Below, in pieces: positions 45,151 to 54,787 of a stretch of 64,000 nucleotides of DNA. Source of the DNA: an uncultured archaeon (lineage in GTDB: Archaea; Thermoproteota; Nitrososphaeria; Nitrososphaerales; Gagatemarchaeaceae); the NCBI GenBank assembly GCA_963817525.1, contig CAWFOU010000001.1:224001-288000 (forward strand), given 5' to 3'. The notes below the pieces were generated by a model that worked only from the letters and a program-made list of their open reading frames with translations, was not told the DNA's origin and did no database searches. The translations under genes and the position numbers were made by a program. Within the stretch, counting starts at the first letter, position 1. The number at the start of each line of letters is the position of its first letter.

Positions 45151-46047
45151 ATGTCGATCGACGAAACAAGACAGCCTGAAAAGAAGGCGCGGCCGGTGGC
45201 AGGCATCAGGAGCTGGGGTGGGAGGGCGCTCTTCTACGTCGCTTTGCTGGTCGCGATACTCTATTCCATATTTCCTCCGATCGCCATGGCGGCCGACACG
45301 GTCGGGGCGAACATCGCTGCCCTGTTCGCCATGATGGGCGGGGCTCCCATCGGCCCGCATGCCTTCTACTTCACGCCGGTCTACTACCAGAACGCCCTCA
45401 GTTTTGCCGCCTTCCCGAGCCGGGCTTTGAACAGCCTCGCTATCGCGGCGTTGAGCATAGGCGCCGCCCTCGCCGTGGGGATTCCGGTGTCTTACATCCT
45501 AGCCAGGGTCGATATCAAGGGGAAGGGGGCGATCTCTTTCGTCCTCCTTGCGCTGAGGACCCTCTCACCATTCGCCGTCGTCCTCCCGCTCTACATCTTC
45601 TTCAGCAGTGTAGGCCTGTGGGACACCTACCAAGGCGTCGCCCTGGCCGAACTCCTCGTCGTCCTGACGGTCGTGGTCTGGATGGTCAAGGGGTTCTTCG
45701 CGGACATACCTCGGCAGGTGTACGACGCCGCATCGGTCTTTGCGACATCGGAGGGGCAGGTGTTCAGGCGGGTCGCCCTGCCGTTGGTCGCCGGAGGGGT
45801 TGCCGTCACTGCCATCTTCGGGATCGTCCTCATATGGAACGAATTCTTGATATCCACTATCCTCACCGGCCCTCTTACAAAATCCGTGGCAGTCGGCGTG
45901 TGGACGGGGTTGGGGGCGGGAAACAATACGCCGGCCTTCATAGGCTCCGAGACAGCCGCCACCCTCGTTTACCTCCCCGCCCTCGCTGTCATGCTGGCGA
46001 TAAGGAAGTACCTAGCCAAGGGCTTCAGCCTGGCCACGGCACGGTAA
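45151..46047 (+). CDS. carbohydrate ABC permease, MalG-type (pair 3)
   Basis: Motifs WMVKGFFADIP..VYDAA, WNEF and IRKYLAKGFSL. Confidence 0.92.
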   Translation: MSIDETRQPEKKARPVAGIRSWGGRALFYVALLVAILYSIFPPIAMAADTVGANIAALFAMMGGAPIGPHAFYFTPVYYQNALSFAAFPSRALNSLAIAALSIGAALAVGIPVSYILARVDIKGKGAISFVLLALRTLSPFAVVLPLYIFFSSVGLWDTYQGVALAELLVVLTVVVWMVKGFFADIPRQVYDAASVFATSEGQVFRRVALPLVAGGVAVTAIFGIVLIWNEFLISTILTGPLTKSVAVGVWTGLGAGNNTPAFIGSETAATLVYLPALAVMLAIRKYLAKGFSLATAR

Positions 46048-46187
46048 GTGCCTCCTTACGTTAGCATCCGGATTTTGGAACACTTGCACAGCCGCACAAC
46101 ACGTGGATGGGAACTCCTTGCCTAGCGCGGGCGGAGGCTAAGTGACCACACAACGCCATAAGCCTCGTGGGCAGCGGATGGCAACGG

Positions 46188-46979
46188 TTACCTTCCGAGC
46201 CGCCGCTGCCTCTGCTGGTAGATCCTGATAGCCCGCATGAGGTCTATCTTGCGGAAGTCGGGCCAGTAGACGTCCAGGAAGACTAGCTCGCTGTACGCCC
46301 CCTGCCACAGGAGAAAGCCGCTCATCCTCTCCTCCCCGGACGTCCTGATTATGAGGTCTGGCTCGGGGTTCGGCAAGTGCGAGGTGTACAGCCTCCGCGA
46401 GATCGTCTCTTCCGTTATCTCGTCGGGCGAGATAATGCCCTTCTTGACGTCTTCGGCGATGCCCCTCACCGAGTCCGTGATCTCCGTCCTACCGCCGTAC
46501 GCCACGGCGATGTTGAGGAAGTGGCCGTCGAAGTCCGCCGTCTTCCGCTCGACCTCGTCGAGTATCTCCCTCATCTCCTGCGGGAGGAGGTCGAACTTCC
46601 CGATCCCCTTCACCCTCACCCGATACTTGTAGATCCTCTCGTCCGTCAGGAGCCTTCTCAGCCTCTCCTCGATAAGGCGGAAGAGCTCGGCCACCTCTTC
46701 CGCGGACCTTTGGAGGTTCTCGGTGGAGAGGACGTAGAGAGTTATCGACTTTATCCCGATCTCGTGGCACCAGTCGAGCAGCCTCTCCACGACGTCGGCG
46801 CCCTGCGTATGCCCGAGGTCGATCGCAAGGTTGTGGTTCTGCGCCCACCTCCGGTTCCCGTCGAGGATTATCCCGATGTGCTGGGGGATGGGGCCTTGCT
46901 CTATCTGGGAGTTCAGGTTGCTCTCGTAGAGCCGGTAGACTCCGATTGACCGAAGGATGCCGTCAAGCACGCCAGTCAC
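46188..46979 (-). CDS. uppS: cis-polyprenyl (undecaprenyl-type) diphosphate synthase
   Basis: Motifs HIGIILDGNRRWA, LSTEN, YGGR.EI and IRTSGEERMSGFLLWQ. Confidence 0.96.
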   Translation of the reverse strand: MTGVLDGILRSIGVYRLYESNLNSQIEQGPIPQHIGIILDGNRRWAQNHNLAIDLGHTQGADVVERLLDWCHEIGIKSITLYVLSTENLQRSAEEVAELFRLIEERLRRLLTDERIYKYRVRVKGIGKFDLLPQEMREILDEVERKTADFDGHFLNIAVAYGGRTEITDSVRGIAEDVKKGIISPDEITEETISRRLYTSHLPNPEPDLIIRTSGEERMSGFLLWQGAYSELVFLDVYWPDFRKIDLMRAIRIYQQRQRRLGR

Positions 46980-48184
46980 TCCTGATGCTCTTCGGGCGCG
47001 TCCTGCTCGTCATCCTGGTGGCCGTGGGACTCTCCTGGGGGCATCGACGGTCCGGGTGTCGCTGTGGTCGGGACTGCCGGCCTGCTCCTCAAGCGCGTGT
47101 ATAGGGTCCCGACCAGACTGAACACCATCGCCAGCCCCAGGAAGACGTAGATCAGAAGGAGTATCGACGAGGTCGTACCCCCGGTGACAAGGTAGCTGCC
47201 GAACTGGTCCAGAGGGAAGAAGAGGAGTGCCAGGACCACGATGCCGGTCACGCTCCTCCACGCCCTCGGGCTCCCCCTCAGGAGCTGGCTGAGCAGGGTC
47301 CCAGCGAGGTACACCCCGATCGCGGCCCAGATGAGCAGGAGCGATCCCTGCAGATAGTATCCGACGAGGGCGCCTCCGTCCTGGAAGAAGAGCGAAGGCT
47401 TGGCGCTAACTGCCGAGATCAAGTCAGGCGCCTGCCCCGTCATGTTGGTGTATCCGCTCGAGAGCCCGACTATGAGGATCAGGATGCTCGTGGGCGCGGT
47501 GAACAGCCGGATGTAGCCGTAGGGGCGCTGGCTCAGCATCCCGGCGACGAACCTATCGATGTTGAAGCCTCGTATGAGGAAGGCGGCCCCGAGGATGAGC
47601 ACTATCGAGAGCGCCGCAAGGTACCCGGCCCCGGCGAGCGCGAGGATGCCCGCGAAGAGCAGTATCACCCCCGGGACTCCTATCGCCCACTTTGAGTACC
47701 TGGGGTCGTACACCAGCATCCGCAGGTATCTCGCGAGCACCATGTAGTTCTCCTCCACCGAGCGGCTGTGCTTCACGACCACTCGCCTCACAGAGACTAT
47801 GGGCTTCAGAGTCTGGAGTATGGGGATGACCAGCTCGTCCTCAGCCCCGTCGCTGATGAGCACTATCCCCGAATACTCCCGCTTGGAGAGGAGCGTCTCG
47901 ACCTCGCTCCTGATCTTCCTGTCTGCCTTGTACCCGCTCTCCTCGAGGCCGCAGACCGCTCCGACGTCGCAATCCACCTCCTGCCCGCGGAGCCTGTCGT
48001 ACTCCTTCACCGCGGCGAAGAGCGCGTTCGCGTCGGCCTCCTCCGGGTCGGCGACCGCCAGCCCGGTCGCGGCGGCCATCACCGCCTCCCTCCCAGAGAT
48101 CGGGGACCGGATCCCGGTCTTCCGCTCGAGGTCCCCGTCCCTGTCGACCGACAAGACCAGGACGCGCTCTTCCGGGGCCGGCAT
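46976..48184 (-). CDS. DUF373 family membrane protein
   Basis: LVLSVDRDGDL..K.G..SPI.GRE, DPEEADAN, SDGAEDE and VVVKHSRSVE. Coupled to uppS, as is usual in archaea. Confidence 0.88.
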   Translation of the reverse strand: MPAPEERVLVLSVDRDGDLERKTGIRSPISGREAVMAAATGLAVADPEEADANALFAAVKEYDRLRGQEVDCDVGAVCGLEESGYKADRKIRSEVETLLSKREYSGIVLISDGAEDELVIPILQTLKPIVSVRRVVVKHSRSVEENYMVLARYLRMLVYDPRYSKWAIGVPGVILLFAGILALAGAGYLAALSIVLILGAAFLIRGFNIDRFVAGMLSQRPYGYIRLFTAPTSILILIVGLSSGYTNMTGQAPDLISAVSAKPSLFFQDGGALVGYYLQGSLLLIWAAIGVYLAGTLLSQLLRGSPRAWRSVTGIVVLALLFFPLDQFGSYLVTGGTTSSILLLIYVFLGLAMVFSLVGTLYTRLRSRPAVPTTATPGPSMPPGESHGHQDDEQDAPEEHQE

Positions 48185-48293
48185 GATTTTCTCGCCCTCA
48201 AGAACGTCCCTCGCTACTTAAGGGCTACTTACCACAGCTCCATTGAGAGCGGTTCGGAAAGACAAATTAGCCGCCTGTCGAAGAACTAGGGCG

Positions 48294-50012
48294 TTGCTCG
48301 TCGAGCGTCCGTGGCGCAAGGCCTGGGCAAAGCACGTCATCGAGCTCGGGGACATCCCCCCCGAGCCGAGGCCGCTCTTCGAGCTCGTCACCGCGGCTGC
48401 CGCTCGTGGCCCGAAGAAGACCTGCATACGCTTCCAAGGCGCCAGCATGACCTATGGGCGGCTCGACGACCTCTCTTCGAGGTTCGCCTCCTCCCTCCTG
48501 TCGATGGGGGTGAAGAAGGGAGACAGGGTGGCGCTCTTCATGCCGAACATGCCGCAGTTCGTCATATCCTACTTCGGGATCCTGAAGGCCGGCGGCGTGG
48601 TGGTCCCCTGCAGCCCGCTCTACAAGGCGAGGGAGCTGGAGTTCCAGCTCCGGGACTCCGGGGCGTCAGTCCTCGTCGCGGCGAACGACGTGGTGAAGGG
48701 GAACGACCTATTCGCGAGCGTGGAGGGGTGCAGGCGGAGCGTGGGGGTCAAGGTGGTCACCGCGAGCCTCACAGACTACCTGCCGGGGGCGAAGCGCGCC
48801 CTCGCAGGGCTCGCCGGGGTCAAGAACGTCAAGAGGGAGGGGACCGCGGGCGAGTTCCGAGAGCTCGTCGCGAAGAGCCAGCCCCTCCGCGACTTTGCGA
48901 AGGTCGACCCGAAGGCCGACGTAGCCGTCCTCCAGTACACGGGAGGGACGACCGGCGTGGCAAAGGGCGCGATGCTGACTCACGCCAACCTCTACCTCAA
49001 CGCTGCGGTGATAGCAGCGTGGTTCCCTCTTACCAAGGACGACGTCGCGCTAGGGGTCCTACCGTACTTCCACATATACGGCATGACGGCGGCGATGAAC
49101 GCCCCGCTTCTCGTCGGGAGCACGATGGTGCTCCTCCCCAGGTTTGAGGTCGAGTCAGTCATGGAGACGATACAGAAGGAGAAGGTGACATCGTTCTGCG
49201 GCGTCCCTACGATGTACATCGCGGTCATCCACCACCCCGACGTCAAGAAGTTCAGCCTGAGGACGGTGCGCGGCTGCATCTCCGGCGGCGCACCGCTGCC
49301 CGCGGCCGTCATCAAGAGCTTCGGCGAGCTCACCGGCGGGTCGCTGGTGGAGGGATACGGCCTCAGCGAGGCCAGCCCGGTCACCCACTGCAACCCGATG
49401 GGGGAGGGAGCCTCGCTCAGGGAGGGCTCGATAGGAGTCCCGCTCCCCTTCACGGACGCCGAGATAGTCGACATGGGAGACCCCAGCAAGCGCCTGGGCG
49501 TAGGCGAGGCGGGCGAGCTCGCGGTAAGGGGCCCCCAGGTGATGGCGGGCTACTGGAACAACGAGGCGGAGACCAAGAACGTCCTCACAAAGGACGGTTG
49601 GCTGCTCACCGGGGACATCGCCAAGATGGACGCGGACGGCTACTTCTACATCGTCGACAGGAAGAAGGACATGATCGACGTGTCGGGCCTGAAGGTCTAC
49701 CCGCGCGAGGTCGAGGAGCTGCTCTTCACCCACCCCAGCGTGAAGGAGGCCGCCGTCGTCGGGATGCCCGACGAATATCGAGGAGAGGCGGTCAGCGCCT
49801 ACATCGTCCTCAAGCCCGAGAGCAAGGGCAAGGTCACCGCGGACGACATCATCCAGTTCTGCAGGACCAACCTCGCCACCTACAAGGCCCCGAGGAAGGT
49901 CGAGTTCGTCGATGAGCTCCCCAAGACCCTCGTGGGGAAGGTGCTGAGGCGCAAGCTCAGGGAGGGCGCCTCGGGAGGCCAGCCGCCCGCTCCGCCTAGC
50001 ACCGCTCTATGA
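48294..50012 (+). CDS. fadD: long-chain acyl-CoA synthetase (AMP-binding)
   Basis: Motifs QYTGGTTGVAKGAM, EGYGLSE, GWLLTGD, DRKKDMI and PKTLVGKVLRR. Start approximate. Confidence 0.92.
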   Translation: MLVERPWRKAWAKHVIELGDIPPEPRPLFELVTAAAARGPKKTCIRFQGASMTYGRLDDLSSRFASSLLSMGVKKGDRVALFMPNMPQFVISYFGILKAGGVVVPCSPLYKARELEFQLRDSGASVLVAANDVVKGNDLFASVEGCRRSVGVKVVTASLTDYLPGAKRALAGLAGVKNVKREGTAGEFRELVAKSQPLRDFAKVDPKADVAVLQYTGGTTGVAKGAMLTHANLYLNAAVIAAWFPLTKDDVALGVLPYFHIYGMTAAMNAPLLVGSTMVLLPRFEVESVMETIQKEKVTSFCGVPTMYIAVIHHPDVKKFSLRTVRGCISGGAPLPAAVIKSFGELTGGSLVEGYGLSEASPVTHCNPMGEGASLREGSIGVPLPFTDAEIVDMGDPSKRLGVGEAGELAVRGPQVMAGYWNNEAETKNVLTKDGWLLTGDIAKMDADGYFYIVDRKKDMIDVSGLKVYPREVEELLFTHPSVKEAAVVGMPDEYRGEAVSAYIVLKPESKGKVTADDIIQFCRTNLATYKAPRKVEFVDELPKTLVGKVLRRKLREGASGGQPPAPPSTAL

Positions 50013-51174
50013 TCATCGCGAGGGCGTTCCCTCCGCCCATGCATAGGGTGGCCAGCCCGCGCCTCTTGCCCGTCCTCGTCAGCTCGTAGACGAGCGTCGT
50101 GAGCATCCTCGCCCCGCTGCATCCGATGGGATGGCCGAGCGCGACGGCCCCTCCGTTCACATTGAACTTCTCTTCCGGCACGCCCAGCTCGTCCCTGACC
50201 ACTATGGAGGATGTCGAGTACGCCTCGTTGTATTCTACAAGGTCGATGTCCTCCATCGTGAGGCCGGCCTTCTTCATCAGGGCCTTCGCAGTGGGGATCG
50301 GCGCCTCCATCACGTCCTCAGGCTTGCAGCCACCCGCCGCGTAGGCGACGATCCTCGCCAGAGGCTTGAACCCCCGCTTCTTCGCCGCCATTTCGCTCGC
50401 AACTACGAGCGCGCTCGCCCCGTCGCTCAGCTGGGAGGAGTTGCCCGCCGTGAGGACGCCCTCGGGAGTGAAGGCAGGCTTGAGCTTCGCGAGCTTCTCC
50501 AAGTTGGTGTCGAGGCGTATGCACTCGTCCGAGGCGAAGCTCGCCTTCTGCCCCTCCCTCTCGAACTCCACGGCCACTATCTCTTGGTCGAAGAGGCCCG
50601 CTTTCTGGGCCCTCGCCGCCTTCATGTGGCTCTCGAAGGCGTACTCGTCCGCCCGCCTCCTCGTCACTCCGTACTTCTTGGCTATCCGCTCCCCCGTCAT
50701 CCCCATGTGGAACTCGTTGTACACGTCCCACAAGCCGTCGACTATCATCGCGTCCTCCATCTTCGCGTCCCCGTACCTGTTGCCCCAGCGCATCTGCCTC
50801 ACGAGGTACGGGGCGTCGCTCATGTTCTCCGTGCCGCCCGCGACAACGAGCTCCACGTCCCCCGCCTTTATCGCCTGCGCCGCCAGCATCACTGCCTTCA
50901 TGCCCGACCCGCAGACCATGTTGACGCTCATCGAGCCGACCTGGACGGGGACGCCCGAGTAGATCGCGACCTGCCTCGCCACGTTCTGTCCCAGCCCAGC
51001 GGAGATCACGTTCCCGAAAACGACCTCCCCCACGTCCTTCGGCCTGACGCCAGCGCGCGAGAGCGCCTCCTTTGTGACTACGGCGCCGAGCCGAGCAGCG
51101 TGCACCCCGACAAGGCTCTTCCCGAACTTTCCGATCGGCGTCCTGCACGCTGACACGATGACTGGCGACTGCAC
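49996..51174 (-). CDS. atoB: acetyl-CoA C-acetyltransferase (bacterial-type thiolase)
   Basis: Motifs NMVCGSG, TAGNSSQLSDGA, NEAY, GHPIGCSG and CMGGG. Confidence 0.93.
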   Translation of the reverse strand: MQSPVIVSACRTPIGKFGKSLVGVHAARLGAVVTKEALSRAGVRPKDVGEVVFGNVISAGLGQNVARQVAIYSGVPVQVGSMSVNMVCGSGMKAVMLAAQAIKAGDVELVVAGGTENMSDAPYLVRQMRWGNRYGDAKMEDAMIVDGLWDVYNEFHMGMTGERIAKKYGVTRRRADEYAFESHMKAARAQKAGLFDQEIVAVEFEREGQKASFASDECIRLDTNLEKLAKLKPAFTPEGVLTAGNSSQLSDGASALVVASEMAAKKRGFKPLARIVAYAAGGCKPEDVMEAPIPTAKALMKKAGLTMEDIDLVEYNEAYSTSSIVVRDELGVPEEKFNVNGGAVALGHPIGCSGARMLTTLVYELTRTGKRRGLATLCMGGGNALAMIIERC

Positions 51175-51230
51175 TGCCCATCCATCATTCGGGTTCCTTT
51201 ATGAAACTGCTGGAGGAAAACGGCCGACGG

Positions 51231-51791
51231 CTAGGCCACGACGGGGACTGTGCGGGGCTTCGCGAGCCTCGACGCGTAGAAGATGATTATGGGCGCCAGG
51301 ACCGCGCCGGTGAAGAGGTCGCTCAACTCGTGCGATATCATGAACGGGACGCCCAGCGCCTCCGTCGCGAGGAGCTTCTGCGTCGTCAGCGAGGGCCAGA
51401 ACGACAGCAGCGCCGTAGCCGCGTTCGTCTCCAGGTCCCAGAGGAAAGCGCAGATGGCCAGCGTGGCACCGAAGTAGAGGTTGCGCGCCGAGAGCCTCGA
51501 GTGGTCACCCCCCCACGCCCTGGCGGCCGCCCACCCTGCGAGCGCGTAGATGACCTCGCCCGCTACGAGGAAAGGGATGATGTACCCGCCGAAGCCGTAG
51601 GGGCTGAGGGTCCCCCAGATGAGCTCAGACAGGACCCCCACGTAGACCCCCATCTCCAGCCCGAAGACGAACGCTACCGAGAACACGATAGGGTCGACTA
51701 GCTTGACGTTGGGTATGTCGGCGAGGGCGAAGTCGGAGCTAACCGCGAGGGCAGTGAAGGCGGCGACGAGCGCCAGCTCTCTGGTGTTCAT
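51231..51791 (-). CDS. ECF transporter S-component-like membrane protein
   Basis: TRELALVAAFTAL...IPNVKL; about 5-6 TM. Confidence 0.7.
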   Translation of the reverse strand: MNTRELALVAAFTALAVSSDFALADIPNVKLVDPIVFSVAFVFGLEMGVYVGVLSELIWGTLSPYGFGGYIIPFLVAGEVIYALAGWAAARAWGGDHSRLSARNLYFGATLAICAFLWDLETNAATALLSFWPSLTTQKLLATEALGVPFMISHELSDLFTGAVLAPIIIFYASRLAKPRTVPVVA

Positions 51792-51825
51792 CGGGGTGGC
51801 GCTGGCTGGACAAACCAGCCAGCCC

Positions 51826-52302
51826 TTAACGGTTTCCGCGCTGCGCCCTCGAGGTCGTCCTGAAACCTTCGATGTCCAGGATGGACCCCCTCCTCCCCCC
51901 CGCGGGGAGGAAGAGCGCCCGCACGACGTCGCCGACCCTGGGTGTGCCCCTTCCCCGGTGGACGATCCGGTGCAGCAAGCCTCCGCTCACCCCCTCGAAC
52001 GTCACCCACCCGAACGTCGTGCGCGAGCCGTCCTCGGCCTTCACCGCGGACAGCGAGGCGATCCGGCCGTCGTGGAAGAGCTCGACGTCGACCCTCGTCC
52101 TAGAGTAGCACTGCAGGCAGTAGGTCCTCGGCGGTAGCCTCACCTCCCCGCACCTCCCGCACTTGCTGGCCACGATCCTTCCTTCCTTTAGCCCGCGGAG
52201 GAACGCCTCGCCCGCCGCCCCGGCCGTGTGCTCGTAGTGCAGCGGGATGCGGTCCCTCCACGCCACGACCCTCCCGGTCCGGGGCTCCACGACGGAGCTC
52301 AA
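51826..52302 (-). CDS. DUF35 Zn-ribbon/OB-fold protein 2
   Basis: FLRGLKEGRIVASKCGRCG....PPRTYCLQC. TTG start overlaps the upstream stop. Confidence 0.88.
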   Translation of the reverse strand: MSSVVEPRTGRVVAWRDRIPLHYEHTAGAAGEAFLRGLKEGRIVASKCGRCGEVRLPPRTYCLQCYSRTRVDVELFHDGRIASLSAVKAEDGSRTTFGWVTFEGVSGGLLHRIVHRGRGTPRVGDVVRALFLPAGGRRGSILDIEGFRTTSRAQRGNR

Positions 52303-52832
52303 CGCCGGTCCTCCCCGGCGTCCATTGGCCTGAAGTACATGATGTCGGTGATCGCCCCCGTCCTCTTGCCCCTCGGCTTCCAGACAGCCTTCACCTTCGC
52401 CCCCACCGAGATGTCCTCCGGGGAGAACTCCCCCAGGAGATGGAGGAGCCCCATCTTCGGGGATGCCCCGTCCACCTCCACGACCGCGACGAGGATGGGC
52501 TGCTCGCCCTCCCTCCTGCTCGCGTCGGCGTTGACGTAGCTCACAGAATAGGTGGCGACCCTCCCCGTGTCCTGGAGCCTGACCCACTCGTCGGTGGGGC
52601 GGAAGCACACCTCGCAGTACATGCGCGGCGGGACCATGGTCCTCCCACAGCCCGAGCACCTCCTCCCCCAGATCTCGCCGTCCCTCAGCCCCATTAGGAA
52701 CCTCGACACCGCCTTGCCCGAGCTCCAGGCATATTTCAGCTCGGTCTCATACCGGGCAACAAGGTACCTCCCCGCCCTGGCCTCGTCCCGCGTGACCTCC
52801 GTCCCCGGATATCGCTTGACCCTGCTGCTCAA
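52299..52832 (-). CDS. DUF35 Zn-ribbon/OB-fold protein 1
   Basis: CSGCGRTMVPPRMYCEVC; VKAVW....RTGAITDI.YF. Confidence 0.92.
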   Translation of the reverse strand: MSSRVKRYPGTEVTRDEARAGRYLVARYETELKYAWSSGKAVSRFLMGLRDGEIWGRRCSGCGRTMVPPRMYCEVCFRPTDEWVRLQDTGRVATYSVSYVNADASRREGEQPILVAVVEVDGASPKMGLLHLLGEFSPEDISVGAKVKAVWKPRGKRTGAITDIMYFRPMDAGEDRR

Positions 52833-54784
52833 CTCGAAGCCTCCGCCCTGGCGCGGTACCCGACGAAGAACTCCATCGAGGCGGGGTTCTTGAGGGAGGC
52901 CTCGCTCACGGCGTCCCGGGGATTATCTCCCATGAGAACGCGCTTCACTGGGACCTCCACCTTCTTGCCGCTCAGCGTCCTCGGGACCTCTTCGATCTGG
53001 ACGACGTCGTCGGGGACGAGCTTCGGGGAGAGGTCCTCCCCCACCTTCCGCTTTATCCTGTCGCGCATCGCCTCGTCGAGCACCTTCCCCTTCCGGAGAA
53101 CGACGAAGAGAGGCATGAACGACCTGCCCCCCGCATACTCGAGGTCGACCACGAGGGAGTCGGCCACCTCGGGGATCGACTCGACCACCCTGTAGATCTC
53201 GCTCGTCCCCGCCCTCACACCCCTGCGCTTTATCGTGGCGTCAGAGCGCCCGTAGATCACGCATGTTCCGTCCTCGTCGATCCTCACCCAGTCGCCGTGC
53301 CTCCAGACCCCGGGGAAGTAGGAGAAGTAGCTCTCGGCGTACCTCGACCCGTCCTCGTCTCCCCAGAGGTATAGCGGCATCGAGGGCATCGGACGGGTGA
53401 CCACGAGCTCCCCCACCTGCCCGACGACCGCGTCCCCGTGCTCGTCGTAGGCCTTCACCGCCGCCCCTAGGTACCTGCACTGGATCTTTCCGGAGACCAC
53501 GGGCAGCGCAGGGTTCCCGCCGACGAACGCCGTACAGACGTCCGTCCCGCCGCTGATGGACGCTACCCAGAGGTCGGCTCTCACTCTCGCGTAGAGCCAC
53601 TCGAATGTCGACCCTGAGAGGGGGGACCCGGTGGAGCCGAAGCCCTTCAGGTCGCCCAGGTCGCGCCCCCGGGGGTCGAACCCGCTCTTCGCCACGGCGT
53701 CGAAGTACGAGGCTCCCGCGCCGAAGAACGTCATTCCCGTCCTCTCGGCGAGGTCCCAAAGCGCTCCCGGACCGGGGTAGAGGGGGTCGCCGTCGTAGAG
53801 GACAACCTGGCTCCCCAGCATCAGCGCCCCGACCAGGTAGTTCCACATCATCCAGCCCGTAGACGTGTACCAGAACGTCCTGTCCCCGCGCCTGACGTCG
53901 TTGTGCAGGGAGAGGGCCTTGAGCTGCTCCAGGAGCATGCCTCCGTGGCCGTGGACGATGGGCTTCGGGAGGCCGGTCGTCCCCGAGGTGTAGAGCACCC
54001 ATAGGGGATGGTCGAAGGCGACCTTTGCGAAGCTCAGGGATTCGCTCCTCTCTCCCAGCTCGACCCAGTCCTCTGCCCCCGCGACGCCCTCCTTCTCCTT
54101 GGTGTCAGTGACTATGGTCGTTTCGATGCTCGTTATCGACTCCCTCACCTCCTCTATCACCCCCCGCCTGTCGAACCACTTGCCGCCATAGTCGTAGCCC
54201 TCGACCCCAATGAAGACCTTGGGGGTCACCTGCCTTAGGCGGTCTATCACCGCGCGCGGCCCAAAGTCGGGGGAGCAGCAGGTCCAGACCGCCCCGATGC
54301 TGGCTGCCGCGAGGAAGCCCACCACCGCCTCAGGGCAGTTGGGAAGGTACCCGGCGACCCTGTCGCCAGGCCTCACCCCCTCCTCCCTCAGGAACGCGGA
54401 GAGCGCCGCGGTCTCCGCCTTCAGCTCGCCCCACGTCACGCTCGAGTCCTCGTCCCCCTCAGCCGCGACGACGAGGGCGACGTCGCCGTCGTACCTGTTC
54501 CTGAAGACGTGCTCCGCATAGTTGAGCTGCGCCCCCTCGAACCACCTCGCCCCGGGCATCTTCCTGTCGGCGAGGATCTTGCCGTATGGCGCGGTCGACC
54601 ACACCTCGAAGTACTCCCAGACGCTCTCCCAGAACCCTTCGAGGTCCTCTATGGACCATCGCCAGAGGGAGTCGTAGCTCGGGAAGGCCCTGCCGGTCCT
54701 CTTCTCGAGCCATCGCGTGTACCTCGTGATGTTCGCGCCTTCGGCCCTTTCTTTGCTCGGGGTCCAGAGAGTCTCTCCCTCCAT
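52829..54784 (-). CDS. acetoacetate--CoA ligase
   Basis: Motifs WFEGAQLNYAE, SPDFG, YTSGTTGLPKPIVHGHGG, SGGTD, WRHGD and GKKVEVPVK. Confidence 0.92.
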   Translation of the reverse strand: MEGETLWTPSKERAEGANITRYTRWLEKRTGRAFPSYDSLWRWSIEDLEGFWESVWEYFEVWSTAPYGKILADRKMPGARWFEGAQLNYAEHVFRNRYDGDVALVVAAEGDEDSSVTWGELKAETAALSAFLREEGVRPGDRVAGYLPNCPEAVVGFLAAASIGAVWTCCSPDFGPRAVIDRLRQVTPKVFIGVEGYDYGGKWFDRRGVIEEVRESITSIETTIVTDTKEKEGVAGAEDWVELGERSESLSFAKVAFDHPLWVLYTSGTTGLPKPIVHGHGGMLLEQLKALSLHNDVRRGDRTFWYTSTGWMMWNYLVGALMLGSQVVLYDGDPLYPGPGALWDLAERTGMTFFGAGASYFDAVAKSGFDPRGRDLGDLKGFGSTGSPLSGSTFEWLYARVRADLWVASISGGTDVCTAFVGGNPALPVVSGKIQCRYLGAAVKAYDEHGDAVVGQVGELVVTRPMPSMPLYLWGDEDGSRYAESYFSYFPGVWRHGDWVRIDEDGTCVIYGRSDATIKRRGVRAGTSEIYRVVESIPEVADSLVVDLEYAGGRSFMPLFVVLRKGKVLDEAMRDRIKRKVGEDLSPKLVPDDVVQIEEVPRTLSGKKVEVPVKRVLMGDNPRDAVSEASLKNPASMEFFVGYRARAEASS

Positions 54785-54787
54785 CTC

